64,000 bases of DNA from Moniliella sp. 'wahieum'. Taxonomy: Eukaryota. Positions 25,549 through 38,400 of this stretch are shown piece after piece. Position numbers and translations under genes: made by a program. Within the stretch, counting starts at the first letter, position 1. Every line of letters begins with the position of its first letter. The stretch lies in contig RSEE01000018.1 of assembly GCA_003971905.1 (NCBI GenBank), positions 310,001 to 374,000 of the forward strand. Reading direction: 5' to 3'. The notes under the pieces are model-generated. The model ran no database searches. It saw only the letters and a list, made by a program, of their open reading frames with translations, and had not been told where the DNA came from.

Positions 25549-27020
25549 GGCAAGGGTGGGGGGTGGAGGGCGGCGGACAAGGGCAAAGACAGGCAGACAG
25601 CCCACGCCGACCGATCAAGAGACCAATGCCAGCTCATCGAGCCCCATTCATCCATCCATCCATCAAGCCGCCGATCGCAGTCCAGGGGGCATGAGCGTAC
25701 TGAGTGTACTGAGGGCAGCCAGAGTACTCCGGCTGAGTGCGAACACCATGACGTCATAGGCACGCCCGCCTGAGATGGGGGCAAGACATGTGCGTGTGAC
25801 ATGTGACAAGTAGAGGGGAGGGGCATCACGTGTGTGGCTGTGATGTGATGCGGGGGAGGCTGGGCGCCACGTCGACGCTGGGACGGGGCTGTCAGTCGGC
25901 GGAGGGGCGAGGGTGCTCTTGGTTTTTCGCAATGGCAGGGGACGGTACGCCTGCCATCCAGAAGACGTATCACAGCCAGCGGTATGGCCTGGTGCCTCTG
26001 GCTGTAAAGAGAGAGTGGCAAGCCCACTCTGTGGTCCTGCGGGACCATCGAGATCATCCATCATCCATCATCCATCATCCGCAAAAACACACAGGCACGC
26101 CACTGCGTTTTCGGGTGCCAGGAGAGTAAGTACATTTTTGTAAGCGCGCCCGCGCCTGGCCATTACGCCGTCTTGTGTCTGTCCGATTACACACGACGCC
26201 CAACCTGGCCGCTCGTTAAGCGGGGCGAGCAGGTGAGGTCTGAGATATGTTGGGCAGCTCCGCGCTCTCGGCAGCTGCGTGTTCCTCCGTCTCAGCACAG
26301 AAGGGTCCCCGGACATAGGAAACAGAGACGCCCGAACGGCGAGATAGGCTCGGAGCGTGTGTCGGAGCCCCACACTCGGGGGTTACGGAGAGACCCGAAA
26401 GTGCGCGACGCTCAGATGGAGGGGGTAATTGCCGGTTATGCAGGTGTGGGGCAGGCTGTAATCTGCTACAAACTACAAATGGTCTACAAATCCACCTGAT
26501 CTCGGCTTGATCAAGCTTCCGCCTCCTCTTCTCCCGCCACCTACGCTCGGCATCCACCGGCCGCAGCCCAAAGAGCAGCCAGACCCGGCAACGGCGAATA
26601 GCCACCCCGTCCTCAGGCCATTCCGCGCATCCTGTCCTATTCCATCCCACATCCACATCCCATCTTCCCTCTCTCTCACACGGGCGCGGCACACCCGCGG
26701 AGCTCTGGCCCGCTTCTTCTCCCATCCGCCCCTGTTGCGCGCTCACGCCGCTCTCGTTCCTGTCCTTGTTAGGCACTCGGCTGATCCATCCTCATCCATC
26801 TATCATAGGTCGGTTATAGTATGTCTCCTGCCCCTCCCCCTTTGTGCCGCTGCCCTGTCGCCTGTTGGGTCCTACCCTGTGCCATTGCACATTGCACCCC
26901 GTGTCTTTCCCGCCCGCCACCATCCCATCCCCCTGGCACCTTGTTAGCACAATCCTTCCTTGCCGGGCCCGCCCACCACGGCTCCCTTCCCCGCCCCCAC
27001 CCCCCACCGTACCACCCACC

Positions 27021-28740
27021 ATGTCCTCCCCGCATAGCCCGCACCACGTCCCCGACGACGTGCTTGTCCACCCTACGTTGTCATCCTCTGTCCCCATCAT
27101 CCCTATGACGTTGGTCCCGCCCACGGGCCGACCTCAGTCCAGTCCTCCCACAGCATCCGCTCCCCGCCTCCAGCAGTCCCCAGCAGAGCGAAGCGGCAGA
27201 ACAAGGTCCAACACCGCCCCTCGTCCCCGTGCGCGTCACATCCAAACGCGGCTGGCCCACTGAAGACGACGAGCGTCTACGAGAGGCAGTCATGCGCCAC
27301 ACCAAGCCCGTCCACCCATGAAGAAAGACGACGAAGCAAGCGTGTCGCTGCGTTCTGCCCATCCGTCCGACCCCAAGTCCAGTCTTGGTCCAAAGTTGCA
27401 TCCACAGCCTTTCCCGACGGGAAACATACCAAGTTGGCGTGCCAATCGCGCTGGCGCATCCTTCCTCCCGACCCATACCAAAGGCACCTGGTCCCCTGCG
27501 GAAAGTGAGCGTCTCACCCAGCTGTCCACCAACTGGGCGAAAACAGCTGGAACGAGGTGGCGAAGCTGTTGGGATCCCGAACGTCCAAACAGTGCCGCGA
27601 GCGGTGGCGCAATAAGCTCGATCCCCGTATTAACACTGGCAAGTTTACCCAGGAGGAGGATGAGCGCATCTTGGCCGTGTACCGTCAACGCGGAAGCAAA
27701 TGGTCTGAAATGGCCGCCCTCTTGTCCGGTCGTCCTGACAATTGTATCAAAAACCACTTTAATACCGTCTTGTGCAAGCGCCTTGCCCCCCACGAACAAC
27801 CACACCACCGTGCCCGTTCGGCTCAACAGACTCAACCTGCTGTGTCGGATACGTCTCCTGTGTCCTCTCACTGGACCCATGCGACCTGCCCGTCGGATGG
27901 TAACATGGACCTGGATATCGTGTCAGGTGCAAACAAACAGGGCGGCTCCTTTGTCCCCTTCTCTTCGTCCCCCATCGACGAGCCTCACACGGGCGGTCCG
28001 AGTACCTTTGCCCTCCTATCCCTCGGGGATGAATCCGACGATTGGGGGTGCTCGTATCGACGGAGCTTGCGGGCAACTGTTTCCCACGCCCACCTCCTCC
28101 ACCTCTTTTCATCCGGTTGGTTCGACCGCCGTGCATACCTCTCCTGTCACGCCGCTTGGGGATCCTAGCCGCCAAGCTACCCACCCACCCCCGTCCCTTC
28201 CCACCACCTATCTCCCCTCTACCTAACTCCATCGGTCGCCACAGTAGCTCCACCCCCTTACCCACTCTCCTCGCCATGGACCTCCTCGCCGACACAGCAC
28301 CTCCCACTCCCGGCCTATCCCTCTACCACTGTTTCCGTTGATTCACCCTCCTGGCTCTTCCCGCCCTCAAGGTACCTCACCTTTCTGGTCCCATCTTTCC
28401 TTCCGCTTCGAACTCCTTGTTACGACCCAACCGCCTCCGCTGTCGGCCCCACTTGCCTCAACTGAACCGCCTTCGCCACGCTCGACTCCGGCTCCCTTTG
28501 CCATGCTGTCGCCTACGAAACTTGACCCTTTAGCCAACACTTCTTCGGGGATGTCCACTACTTCTGTGCCCTGGGGGAGCACCCTGCTGCGGCAGCCGGA
28601 TCCCATCTTGCCTCTCACGGTACGTTTCCTATAATATACCCAACCCCCTTCCTTTTTCCCCGTGCTCTGGTAGCCTGCTCCGATGGGGCACTGACCCGTC
28701 TTTCATTTCTTTTCCCTCCCGTGGAAATAGTACTCATGAA
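27021..28740 (+). CDS. Three-repeat Myb transcription factor
   Basis: R1 KRGWPTEDDERLREAV..(W)SKVASTAFPDGKHTKLACQSRW; R2 KGTWSPAESERL..WNEVAKLLGSRTSKQCRERWRNKLDP; R3 GKFTQEEDERIL..GSKWSEMAALLSGRPDNCIKNHFN. Possible 3' intron ~28620-28730. Confidence 0.88.
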
Positions 28741-29713
28741 GAGAAACAAGAGGGGCTATGCTGCACCTGGACCACGACCTCACAACCCCCCTGCCCTTCG
28801 CCTTTAATTTAGCAGACTGTCTTCCTCTTCCGCACTTACGACTTGTCTTTTCTTACCGGCCCCCACCTTTGCCGTTGCTCGGACGGGTGGGTGCCTTTGC
28901 TTTTTTCGGCTCCCTTTCTCTCCCCCCGCTTTCTGTCCATCCTTTCCCGACCCGCGGGCCACCTGGTGGAAGGCGCATGCAATGCACGAACCATTGCGGC
29001 AGAGGTTTGATCGTAGACGGCGGGCGGTCTTGAAGCTTGAAGCTAGAAGCTTGAACGTGGAACGTTGAACGCGTCTGCTGTCCTCGTCACGCTGCCCCCA
29101 GACGGGGAAACGGCAGCAGCCGATCTGCCCGACGCCCCACCGCCTTGGGGTTGAAAGTTGCATGTGACCGCCCCAGGAAGCACGGGGCGCGGGGAAGCGA
29201 TCTTCTTCTCACATCGCATTCCGCCGGATGCACGGAGGCACACGCGGCAGGGAGATTCTCGGGGGTTCCTGCCTGGTTCTTTCCCGGCGGCAGCCGCACA
29301 GCGCCCCCCTGCCTGCTGCTGCGGCGGGTGAGCATCCATTTGTCAGCGCCCGCCCGGCGTGCGCGGCAGCCGGCAGCGCGCCTGTGTCGCGCGCGCGCAC
29401 CCCCCACTGCTCCCGTGCGGGCCCGGTGCCTCGGTGCTCTCCGGGCAGCGGGCGGCCGCCTCCGATCGCAGGGGCAGCGCAGCCAGATTCACATCTTCAC
29501 ACCGAAACTTCTTGGGCCGCCGCCGCGCCCGCACGGCGCCAGTCCCCGCGCTCACCCATTAGTAATGCCCCCACCGCGCCAGTGTCGCCCCCATGCGGAT
29601 CCGGCTTGACCCGACCCCTCGCCTGCCCCGGGCCCGGCCGGCAACGGAATAAATAGCGTCGGCGGCTGGCCAGCCCCGTCGTTTCTTCCTCCACCCTCGT
29701 CTCTTTCTTCAAT

Positions 29714-30134
29714 ATGCCTTTTGCTGCTGGTGACGCCAAGAAGGGTGCCGGTCTCTTCAAGACCCGCTGTGCCCAGTGCCACACTGTCGAGGAGAGTGGC
29801 TCCACAAGGTCGGCCCCAACCTCCACGGCCTCTTTGGCCGCCACTCGGGCCAGGCCGAGGGCTACGCCTACACCGAGGCCAACAAGAAGGCCAACGTGCT
29901 CTGGGACGAGAACACCCTCTTCGACTACCTTCTCAACCCAAGAAGTACATTCCCGGCACCAGTATGTCTTTCTTCCTCTCGCCTTGTCTCCTACCCTCCC
30001 CTCCACGCCTCGTTCCCATTCTCACACGTTCTTCCTTGTTTTCTTCTCTTCTTTCTCGCAGAGATGGCCTTGCTGGTCTCAAGAAGGAGAAGGACCGCAG
30101 CGACCTCATCACCTACCTCAAGGAGAGCTGCTAA
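29714..30134 (+). CDS. CYC1: Cytochrome c
   Basis: [18 protein letters not shown] (CxxCH), [22 protein letters not shown]|intron 29962-30061|KMAFAGLKK. Three single-base losses in short homopolymers. Confidence 0.98.
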
Positions 30135-31114
30135 GTCTATCCCCGCTTGCCTGGCTCCTGTCGTCATGCCTGTCCCCATTGCCGGGATGTGATCTAGCCC
30201 ACCTGGGCTCCTTCCTCTTGGGCATGCAAAATGCAAAAACACAAAGTATGCGCGAACGTGCTAGTGCTAGTACTCTGTCTATTTTGGTGTGACGGCGAGG
30301 TGTGCGTCGCGACGTCTGTTCCTGTAGACCTCGGGTGCCATGGCAGGTATGCATAGTTCCTATTTGTGGATTCTCTTTAGGCTTTGCTACCTACACGTTG
30401 CCCGCGCTTCGTGACAGGTCGGTGGTACGTGCGATCAAAGTGGTGTTGGTGCCAGCGACAACGATCCACGTTCCCGTCGGAAACGGATCCATTAAAGCCA
30501 AGAATATCAGAGCGGGCATTTTCAACGTGGGAAGCTTTACCGGCGACGAGGGTCAGGACAGAAGGACAGCGTGCAGGAAATATCTACAATGTAATCGGAC
30601 GCGATGGAAGGCTTGGGAATGACGTTCCAGCTTGAGCCGGCGACGGCGAGCGGGGGGGGGGATAGGGGTGGAAGAGCGTGGGGGGAAAGGGGAGAGTTGC
30701 AAACAGCACGCGTCCACGGGCCTAGTGAGCAGGGTGGAAAGCTACAGTGGGCAGTAAGGAGCGTGCGACAGGTAGGTTTAGCACCTATGTGAGCAGGAAA
30801 GCGCGGGGCAAGAGGATGAGAGGGAAAAGGGAAGACGAAAAGTGATGAGCGGCGCGGGAAACGATCACGTTCGATCGACGATCGATGGTGGGATAGGACA
30901 AAAATGCGAGAGGGACAGGGACGAGGATGGGATTCTCCTCCCATGGCGCCCATGAAAGGGGCATGGAACGACGGGGTGGGTAACGACAAGTAGCGAACCT
31001 AGGAACAGCCAGCCCCAATGACGGACAGCCAAAACCAGCAGGACAAAACTAAAACCAACATCGTAGACCCAACAGAGGAGGCGATGGAGAAAACCGAAAC
31101 TCGATGGAAACAGG

Positions 31115-32774
31115 TCAAGGCGCAGGTTCCCGCGCGATTGTCGGAGATGCTGCGCCAGAGCTTTGAGCAACTTGCTTGATTTGCAGTGTCTCTTTGATCC
31201 ACGAGGCCATGTCCACATCGTCGTCGCTCTCTGCTCGTGCCCGGTCTTCCAGCAGGAAAGGGTGGTTGAGCAAGTCGGCATACGAAGCACGCTCATTTGG
31301 GTTCTTGGCCAAACACCGCCGGACAAAATCGTTGGCCTGCGCCGAGTAGCCCGGCGGCAACGTCGGCGGGTCCCCCATACGATCGCCTGCAGCTGGGCAA
31401 AGACATCCGAGTAGGTCTCGGGCGGGTAAGGGTACCCTCCCTTGGCAATTTCTACTATGCTCAACCCCAACGACCACACGTCGGCGGCGACGGTATAGGT
31501 GGAAGTGACTTGCTGCGGGTCGATCCGCTCGGGCGCCATGTAGGACTGGAAGCCAATGTTGGTCTTGGCCAAAGATTTTTCCAGTTCGCCCGACACGCCA
31601 AAGTCGCAGAGCTTGACTTGGCCTTGCGTGTTGACCAACACATTCGTCGGTTTCACGTCGCGGTGGTGGATGATGTTGAGGCTATCTTTGAGGAAGCGGA
31701 GACCCGAAACCATCGACCACGCGATCCGCGCCAGCACTGGTTCCGGAACATGGCGGCCCGGTACGCAGAGCTTGTCGAGGCTGCCGGCATCCATGTTCTC
31801 CATGCAATAGTACACGCATCCTTCAACAAAAAACGCCCCGTAAAACTCGACAATCTGCGGCGCCACTGCTCGATGCAAAATGTCAAGCTCCATAATGATC
31901 GCCTTGAGTTTGGGGTCGTCGAGTTCGAGCCGGATCTCCTTCATGGCCATCAGAACCTTGGTTGGTGTGGCGGACTTTGCGCACTGTACCGTAGTTGCCT
32001 CGTCCAAGCTCATTCAACAGCTCAAAGTCCTCCAGCTGGATATGGAAGGTGGTGCCATTGCCAAACTCGACGCCATGGGCATGGAGAATGGCTTGTCGGC
32101 AAACTTGAGGCGACCATCCGTATCGACAATGTTACTGTACTTGTCGAACGCAGTCGACAGCTTCCCGCCTTCGGATGCGGCGGCCAAAGGGCCAGGCGGG
32201 GCCAAGCGCCGCCCGCCGGGTACGGGCGCACCGGACGCTGTGCCGGCCAAGTCGCCCAGACGGAGGGGGGGGCCACGACGTCGGCCGGCCAAGCCACCGC
32301 CGGGAGGCACACGACCGCCCGCGACCGCACCAGGAGCGCCGATCCCACCGACGTGGCAGGGGGCAAGCCGGGGCGGGAGGGGCAGGTCGATCAGAGCGCA
32401 TCTCAGAGCCGCGTGGGTCGTAGGCACCAGACCGCGCGGTGGACAGAGGAGCAGCGCTGCCGGGGGGGGGGCGGAGCGGTGTGGCACCCGGCAGGCCTCC
32501 CAACCGCGGCGCGCCGGGCCGCACCATTCGCGGGCCGTGCGCCGGGCAAGGCACCGGGGAGTGCGCCGCCAAGGCCGGGCAGACTCCTGCCGGGCGCTGC
32601 GCCGGGAGGCGGGCGGATGCCGGCGGCGGCAAAAGGGCGTGTGGAGGGGCCGGAGGCGGAGGGGGCGCTGCGCTTGAGCGGCGGGGGCGGGTGGTGGGGA
32701 GGGGAAGCGGTGCTTGGGGGGCCGAGGGACAGGTCGGCGGCGCTGGCGGCGAGGTCCGCAGACGAGTCGGACAT
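31115..32774 (-). CDS. PBS2: HOG-pathway MAP kinase kinase Pbs2/Wis1
   Basis: ELGRGNYGTVRKV, MAMKEIRLELD..IIMELDILH, IVEFYGAFF, HRDVKPTN, LCDFGVSGELEKSLAKTNIG.QSYMAPERI, YPYPPETYSDVFAQLQAIV. Confidence 0.95.
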
Positions 32775-33025
32775 GGCAGGGCGTGGTGGGGGTGGGGGGA
32801 TGGTGGGGATGGATGGAGGCGGGCTGGCGGTGGCGGCGGCGGCCAGTGTGGTCTGGTGCGGCTGCGGCCGCGTCGGAGCGCTGAACGTTCAAGTTGGAGC
32901 GACGCCGGGCGGATTCCGCGGGGCGGAATGGGGCGGCGGGCGACTCGTGCGGCGTCGGGCGGCGGCGATCGCTGGGGCAGCGATGCATGCATCCATCCCG
33001 CCATCCATCCCGCCCGCAACCGCCC

Positions 33026-35293
33026 ATGCCGCCGCCGGCCGAGAGCGTGGAGGAGCGCGAGGCGCGGCAGGCCAAGATGAGCGCCGCCATGGGGCGCATG
33101 TTCCTCGCCGACCGCGTCGCCAAGCTTGAGCAGCAGACCGCCTCCGCCGGCCCAGCGCCTCCTCGGGCCCCGCGCCTCCCCGCCGTGGTGGCTTTGCGGG
33201 TCGCGGTGGTCTCCCTCCTGGCGGCTTTGCGGGCCGTGGTGGTTTTCATCCTGGCGGATTTGCGGGCCGCGGTGGTTTTCATCCTGGCGGATTTGCCGGC
33301 CGCGGTGGTTTCATCCTGGATTTGCGGGCCGCGGTGGTGGTGGTGGATTTGGGCGAGGTGGCGCGCGAGGGGCGGGGCAGGTGGCCTGGGCGCTCGAGGC
33401 GGCGGTGCGGGTGGCCTGGGTGCTCGAGGCGGTTGGGCTGGTGGCCCGGGCATGGGGCCTGGCCGCGGCGATACATGGCCGCGGTGGCACTCGGCTCCCG
33501 TGCACGGCGGCGAGGAGGCGTCTCCTTTCCCTGCGCGCACATCTCCCGCCTTCGTCCCCCTGCTCCGCCATCCCCACCCCCTCCGCCGGTCACACCTCCG
33601 CCACCGGTGCTTTCAGACTCCGTGATGTCCTCTTCGCCTCGATCGGCTGTCACGCCGATCGATTTGTCTCCACATCCGACACGTCCCCGGTGCTTCCGGC
33701 GGCAGCCCTCCGCCTCCCGTGCTGCCTATGCGACGCATCGAGGGGGCGCGCATCGTGGACGCCAGCGTCCTCGTCTACTCGCTGCGCACGGTTCATGACC
33801 TAGTACAGGCCAAGCGATGGCGGATTGTGGTGCCGCTGGACGCGCTACACACGCTCGACCGGCTCAAGTCGGCGCGGGACCCGCTGGTGACCCATGCGGT
33901 GCGCCGAGCGATGCGGTTCATCGACACTTACCTTGTTTCGGGCGGGGGCGACAAACCTGCCCTGTGAGCCAGCGACCCACCGAACAGGCGAGCTGGGACG
34001 CGGTTCTGGAGCGCTTTGCGAATGATGACCACGAGCGCGTGGAGAGGAAGCGGAAGAGAGCCAGGACGAGGGCAGCTCCTCATCGTCTGCGTTCAGCTCC
34101 GTCTCATCCGCGGCCTCCTCCAGCGCTTCATCCCTCTCCTCCTCGGGCTCAGATTTCTCCTCCTGGGCCGGCTCGTTGCCCGGGGACGCAAGCTTCGATC
34201 CGGAGCAGCTCCCACCTTGGATCAAGGCGACCCTGCGCTGCGCTGCTTTTTACGCCGCCCAAGACGCCCTCCTCTTGGTTGCCCATCCACCGCCCTGGGA
34301 AGCGACCCAGCCTGTCAACGCGCAAGAACTGGAGCCGATCGATGGACATTTGCTCCTGCGTGCTGCCCACCGCGCGGGCCTAACGGTCGAGGTTGCACCC
34401 ACCTCCCAAACCTGGTTGGCTATCGCGCGAGGCCAGCCTCCCTCGTCTGGTCCACACCGCCACCACCACCACCATCACCACCATCATCATCACCATCACC
34501 CTCCTCATCCTCATCCCCATCCTCATTCGCATCCTCGTCCCCCTTCCCCCCCTCCCACCACCCTCCGCACCATCATGCGCGCCACCCTGCCCACCATCCG
34601 CACCACCATTCCCCCCATTCTCATTCGCATTCGCATTCGCATTTTCATTCCCATTCCCATTCCCATTCCCATTCCCAGTCCCAGTCCCTCGACCAGCACC
34701 ATCCGTCACCCGATTCTCACCCCCATGCCCCTTTTCATCATGATCATCACCACGATTCCCCTCGTCGTCCACGCGATGCCATTTCGGGACCGAACTCCAG
34801 CTCGCGCCCCAAGATGGAGAACGTGCGGCGAAGAAAAGCAGGAGACAGAACCGAGAAGCCAAGACGGCACGGTACTGAACCTGGTTCGCAGTTGATGCCG
34901 CAGGAGGCACAGGGGAAGAAGAAGGAGGAGCCGGAGCAAGAGCAAGAGCAAAAGCAGCAGGAGGAGCCTCACAAGGACGTGGAGGATCAGGAGGAGCAGA
35001 AGAAGGAGGCAGGGCGACCCCCCTTACCGCCTACTTTGGCATCCGTTCCGCCCATTTCCGCAGGGCCAGGCTTGCTGGGTGGGATGCCATACAACCCTTT
35101 CCCCGCGCTGGGCGCATCCACGTCCTCCCTGCTTCCTCACACTCGCGCCCTGCAGCTCGAGATGACACAGCGCACGCCGCGTCCGAACAAGAAGCCAATT
35201 TCCCCTCCTTGCCATCGGTCCCGAAGCAAGAAGAACTGCGCTCGGGGGTGCTCCGCGCCGCCATGCCAACACCACGACGCAGGCGGTAATTGA
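33026..35293 (+). CDS. PIN-domain protein (Smg6/Swt1-type PIN) with N-terminal RGG/FG repeats
   Basis: N-terminal MSAAMGRMFLADRVAKLEQ; PIN-like IVDASVLVYSL..RIVVPLDALHTLDRLKS..AVRRAMRFID; LPPWIKATLRCA. 3' end uncertain. Confidence 0.75.
33216..33340 (+). repeat. 33-bp coding tandem repeat encoding PGGFAGRGGFH
   Basis: CCTGGCGGATTTGCGGGCCGCGGTGGTTTTCAT, about 3.5 copies. Confidence 0.9.
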
Positions 35294-35455
35294 TTGGTTG
35301 GGTTGCTGGGAGCACACAAGTGAGCGTAGCTTGAAAGGGGTAGAGAGGAAGGAGAGCAGCAGTGGGCAGCTACGTAGATGCACGCTACCGCAATAAGCAA
35401 ACTGTACATGCACACACAAACATACATATGCAGGGGGATTACTACGAGAATGTTC

Positions 35456-38400
35456 CTAACCAGCACGAAAAAGACCGCCTGGACCGGGCCAGAAGACGCG
35501 TCCACCATTGTGGTACGATAGCCGAGACGGGATCCGGGTGGCTTCGCTTCCCGGTCCCTCGCGTCCGCGCTGACGAATTATTCCCAGCCAAACTGATGCA
35601 GGCAACGTGCAAACCCAGTGGGATCCCCCTCGACCGTCGCAAACAGCCGTTCCACCCCATCCGAGGCAAGTGCGGATGCGCCGAGAGGACGGCCAAGAAC
35701 CGCGGATCTGTTGCCGTGCCCGCCGCGCACTCATCTCGGGCCCCATCCAATACGCCACATGCCTGCGCGCCAGACCATAGTCGTGCTGCAAAGCGCGGAT
35801 TTGGGCAGAAGAAACGCGGCGTGCGCCTCGGAGCGGGCCATGCTGTGCCGCCCCGTCGCACGGGAATGGGAACGAGAATGAGAACGGGTCGAACGCGAAC
35901 GCGAATGTGAATGCGAGCGTTCGCTCCCGGTCCGCACCGAACCAGAAGGAGACATCAGAGACGATTGCCTAGCCGTTTCCTGGGTGGCCTAGCCGCCGTC
36001 CCATGACCCGTCAAGCGATCTCCGTCTCTTTTGATCGCCTCCTCTTGGTCTTGGTATTGGCCATGTTCTTGCTCTTCGTCGTCTTCTTTTGCCCTCCTCC
36101 TCTTCTGACGCCATTCGCTCCCGCGTTTTCGCCTTCGATCCTGGGCTGAGTTTGGTCCTGGGCCGCATGGTGCGCGGACGCGTTCGAGCGAGAGCGCGCG
36201 GTGTGGGTCTCCGTGCGTGCTGACGCGGGCGTGGGTACCTCCTCCACGGTTTGTAGCTGGGAAGGAGGGGAGTGGAACGCATGGTAGGCCAACGAGGCCT
36301 CAGCTTCCAGTGTATCCACCATCCGGGGCAGCGGGGGCAAACTCCACTGGGTCTCGGACTGGGCGCCATCGTCGGGCATCTGGCTGGGGCGGCGCTTCTT
36401 CGTATTGGCCCTTGCGTCCGGGTAGGCATCGTGTTAGGAGGCAGGTCGAACGAGCCATCTTGCCCACTGTCTTGCCTTGGGCTGTCCTGTGTCTCCTCCC
36501 TGCTCTCGGCTCGCTCTGGACGCTCCCCTCGGGTGCTCGCTCCGGTGCTTTCTCGGGTGCGTTCGCGGGTACCGGTGCCGGCTCCCACCCCTCCCCACGC
36601 GCAGATCCCTGCGTAGTGGGAAGCTGACCCACCGACTCATCCACAGTCTGTGCCTGGGAATGTGCCTGGGAATGTGTGTGTGCCCCCAAATACGCCAAGT
36701 CCGACGAAGTAGGTCCACGGCGGAGCTCGACGGGTCGGACGTAACCGGGGCCAGGAAGGTCGGCCCGCCGGAAGCAGGCGGCAGCACGGCGGTAGAGGGT
36801 GGGGGATGGGAGGACCAGGACAGCCGTGACTCGGTTTCGAGCGATGCGGGCAGGTGGGAGAAGAGCGACTGGGTCGCGGACCGATACGGTACGAAGGGGT
36901 ATGAGACATGGAGCGGGCCGAAGGAGATGGGCGGGGGGAGGGAGAGGCTGGCTGGGCGGGTGGGGCCGCGGCGGTTGGGGGGGTGGGGTAGTGCCGGGCC
37001 CGGTCTCCTGCAGCTGGTCGACCACGGCTGAGGCAGAACGCCGTCCAGGAGCAGACGCAGCGGGGAAAGGCGTGGGCGCAGGAGGGAGGGCGTCGTCGCC
37101 CAGCGCACTTGGGCCTCTCCCTGCTGTCTTCGTCGTCCTCGGATTGTTCTGGAGACATGGAAATCGGAGCGAAGGCGAACGAACGTACCGCCTGCGCACC
37201 TCGTGCTCCTGTTCTGTTCTGCCTCGCTGGTGGTCGAGCGGCTCCTCATTCGACTCGTTCACTTTCGATTCGCTGTTGCCCGTGCGCGCCTCTTCCTCAC
37301 GCCGTCGTCTGTCTGCAGGGGAGGAGGGCGGGGTCGTTTGGGCCCTCCGCCTGGTGGATTCGTCCGTCCAAACCGACGCGATTCCCTCCTCGCCGTGCCT
37401 TGGCCAAAAGGGCATTTGGCTCTGGCTATCGAGTGGGTTGAAGGAGGGGACGGGAGCGTCTCCATGCGCAGGTTGCAGTTAGGGAGAAGTGTATGGGGTT
37501 CTCGGCGGTCTCGGTTGTGGTTGGTGTTGGTGGTTGTGGTTGCGGCTGCGGCTGCGTTTGTGTTTGGGTCCAAGGCCACGTTCAAGCTCGATGCAGGCCT
37601 CGCCTCTGCGGCCTCGCCGCCCCGTTCGAGGTTTTGCACTGCGTGGGCACGCAGTTCCTGGTCAACGTCATTCGCCCTGGGAGCCAGGACAGTGGTGGTT
37701 CGGTCTCGGGTGCCTCAGAGAGGGACGAGCTGGATGCCGAGCTAGGTAGAGAGATGATCTGGACGGACTGTCGTCCGGCCCAGATTCAGCAACTGCGCCC
37801 AACGAGGCCCCGGGCCCCGTAGCGTTCCGAGCACGCGGCCAGGGTTCGAACCGTAGCGGTTGGGGCGATCGGGACGGCACGTCAGCTTCCAGGCTTGGAA
37901 GTCCAGGTTGGCTATGACCAAAGTAGGACGGCTCGGTGACCGACTCGGTTCTCCGACGCACCCGCCGTTCCGACCAAGGTGCCGGCCTGTCGGTGCCCCT
38001 GGGAGCGGGCGGGCCGTGACCCCCGAAGGCGAAGATAATGTCTGGGTAGGACCGGCGAGGGAAGATTGCGTGGGTCGCATTTGGCTCCAACTTGGGGGTT
38101 GTGGCCGAGACTGAGAGTTAGGCCGAGGGCGGGGCGGGGCGAGCGCCGCAGAGCCAGAGGACATGTGGACGGTTTGGGTCGGGCCACTGGGGAGAAAGGG
38201 TTGGGTGGGGATGGAAGCTGTGACTCGACGTGGAGATCGAGGGTTAGGGTGGGGTGGAGGCTGAGGCTGAGATTGATGCGGTGATACGCGTGGGGGTGGT
38301 AGTGGTGACGGGGACGCGTCCCGCGGTGGATGCGGAGAGGAGGGGAGGAAATTTTCGCCAGTAACGGACTGGGTGCCTGGGCTGATACCCGTCCCTTCCC

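Noticed and set aside
31297..33129. 610-aa plus-strand ORF and similar long antisense ORFs (12174..13325, 22354..23811, 41344..42528)
   Set aside because: Shadow ORFs on the strand opposite GC-rich genes; no motifs.
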